64,000 nucleotides of DNA from Marsupella aquatica (Eukaryota > Plantae > Marchantiophyta), in NCBI GenBank assembly GCA_973895155.1, contig OZ316893.1, positions 28,096,210 to 28,160,209 of the forward strand, written 5' to 3'. The position numbers were made by a program, and so were the translations under genes. Each line of letters starts with the position of its first letter. The stretch's first letter is position 1. The notes beneath the pieces were generated by a model. It was not told the DNA's origin. It made no database searches and saw nothing but the letters and a program-made list of their open reading frames with translations. This document shows positions 61,873 through 64,000 of the stretch, piece after piece.

Positions 61873-62829
61873 GCGGAGTAGGAATAGATTAGGATTAGGA
61901 TTGGCTTAGTCAGGCTCTTGGGACAGGCACCTGCCTTAGGTACAGCAGCGCTGCCCTGCTGTCCAGCCTGCGTAGATTAGGATCTTCTAATAAGACACAG
62001 CCGTTTTCCGGCCTGACTGTCAGCTTAGTTAGGACCTTAGTCAGCGAATCTTCGGCGAGAGGACACCCCGTCCCTTGGCTCTTAGTATTTAGTGCACCCC
62101 TCGGTAGAGGCGGGGGGGGTTTTTAGTTTCAGAGTCGGACATCCGCGGGACATGCGGGGAGTCCCGACCTCTGGGAATGACAGGGTACCAAGGGGAGGGG
62201 GTAGGACTAAGCTCGTCGGGCGAGTGCGGAGCCGGGCTCCGTTGTAGTGTGCACCCTCGGCCTTGAACCTGTGCATTCCAGGGCTGTCGTGTCAACTAAG
62301 TGTACGCATATGTTCCCTTTGTAGTAAAATCCTTTCCCATCATTTTTCTTCGTGTAAATCGAGATTGTATGCATGTGTGCGCATATGTGTGTGGGTTTCT
62401 CGTATATGGGTGGCAGCGCCAGGCCGAACGCACTACCCGAGACGTGCACAGGTGCAGCCTGCGGGTAAGTGGTTGCGAGCACGGGTTGAGGACCTATATC
62501 ATCGAATCCGGATCGAAGGCGGACAGCACGAAGGCTTAGAAGCCCTTAAGCCGGGGTCGATCCTGCTATCGACTAAGGTACGTTCCGGCGGCGGAACACA
62601 AACCATACCTAGGAGGTGTCCATATTTAGCAGTATGCACACTTAGCGCTAGTTTACGAGAATAAGGTGCATTACGTGCTTCCCTTCCTGCCCGAACCCTC
62701 AAATTTACGAGGGATGTGCCCGTCTAAGCTGAAGTCTAAGTTAAGGCCGAAGCCTACGACGTGACAGTTGGGTCTTGGGGTGCCATGGGTTCTCGAGGCT
62801 TGCAGGTGTTAGCTCGCATGCTTGCCAAA

Positions 62830-64000
62830 TGTCACGCGATTGACATGGGTTTTAACACCAAAAACATCACTATTGGGTGCCAAAACCATCTCCTTGTACC
62901 TGAGGATCACGAAGGGATGCTGTGAAGGCTGGTAAACACCAGTTTATGCCCTTAACACTAGACTATCATAGCAAGACTCTGTCATACATCACCCAAGCTC
63001 AATCCCTAGGAACCAAGGTTGGTAATCAGATCCTTTGCTCATGATAGTTCTGGTGAGAAGGGATCTTCATATCGGGCCCGTACACATAGGGCCTAGCGCT
63101 ACGGTGCGCATATGTCTATACGTATGCTTATTGTCATAGGTATATTTCTATTCCGCCGCCGGAATGTACCCATAAACCAGTGACTCCTGACTGATTCCCG
63201 GCTTAGGGACTTCTAAGCCATTGCCCCACCACTCTGCCATTCCACTCTCAGCAATCAGAGCTATGACAACCCTCACCCAACCCACTTCAATGCACCCGGT
63301 ACACCTCTTAGTGGCGCTGCTAGTCCCATCATACACTTGGATTGCCTCACACACACACACATCCATGAGAGAAATGAGGCCTGAGAGGTAAACTCAATTA
63401 GATTCAAAGATGTGCACAATTATAGTTCACTGAGAACACTTGATCCGAACAATAGGCCCAAAGGTTGTCTACTCCAGATTTCGACATGCTTGCCTTGCAA
63501 GCCCCATGCTTGCCATGCAAGCTCAATCCTGAACCTGAGCCTGGCTCACTCCAGATTGCGACAGTAGATTAGACTCGAACCAATCCCGTACTTGCCTTGC
63601 AAACTCAACCTCCTTCACTGCACTTCATTCTTGGAGGCACATACAGATCTAAGACCTCCATTTTAGAATGGCAAGTTACGCATGCATAGTTTACTCGACT
63701 TCAAAGTTGGTACCAGGCCTAACGACAATCTACCCCAGACTACAATGAGGCTCGGCCTCACGCTTGTCCTACAAGCTCAGCTCTGGCCATAAATCCCTTA
63801 GTGCTCTCTACCAGACAAAGGCCGAGACTCCCCATGGATCACGTAGTCTTGCCAGACTAAACTGTAAATGCTCCTCCTGCTGCCCCTCAATCAGTATCTC
63901 AACCTCCCTAATGTGCTCACCGCAAATCACATTGAAATCCTCCCCACATTTTACAATCACCAACAAATCACCTATCACCAAGCCTCTGTATTGGGGGAAA
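62830..64000 (-). mobile_element. Family A LTR, third copy, cut by the window end
   Basis: Starts TGTCACGCGATTGACATGGG and is colinear with 59352 onward. Confidence 0.9.

Larger units (their letters stand above)
46479..62766 (+). mobile_element. Full Ty3/Gypsy (non-chromovirus) retrotransposon with about 4-kb gene-containing LTRs (family C)
   Basis: 5' LTR 46479-50503 and 3' LTR 56586-62766 (with nested LTR A and a 269-bp deletion). TGTGACG..CGTGACA ends, TSD GTTGG on both sides. Putative PBS TGGCGCTAGATGGAGGG at 50516. Purine-rich tract before 56586. Confidence 0.96.

Overview
Repeat-dense eukaryotic DNA that looks like a non-seed land plant genome (bryophyte, lycophyte or fern-like; the species cannot be told from the sequence). 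Only one clear host gene is present: a 4-exon organic cation/carnitine-type MFS transporter (33597-37362, minus strand). Almost everything else is nested transposons. From left to right: the right half of a CACTA element; several Ty3/Gypsy-type long LTRs and solo-LTRs with clean 5-bp TSDs; a MULE-like DNA transposon (GCM/WRKY-like Zn domain, DDE core, SWIM finger) with a divergent ParB/Srx-like cargo gene; a MITE; a young Ty1/Copia element; and a full Ty3/Gypsy element with 4-kb LTRs. Two candidate undescribed systems stand out. (1) The MULE carries a ParB-like protein with a possible DNA-methyltransferase-like C-terminus, and six 18-bp parS-like palindromes lie in its non-coding DNA only. (2) Three different LTR families (B, C, D) carry a gene inside the LTR itself (about 900-1100 aa with a TATA box in B and C; partial in D), so solo-LTRs can be left behind as complete gene cassettes. 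A hairpin near the LTR 3' end is conserved across families A, B and C. Domain calls are from motif recognition by eye, not from database searches.
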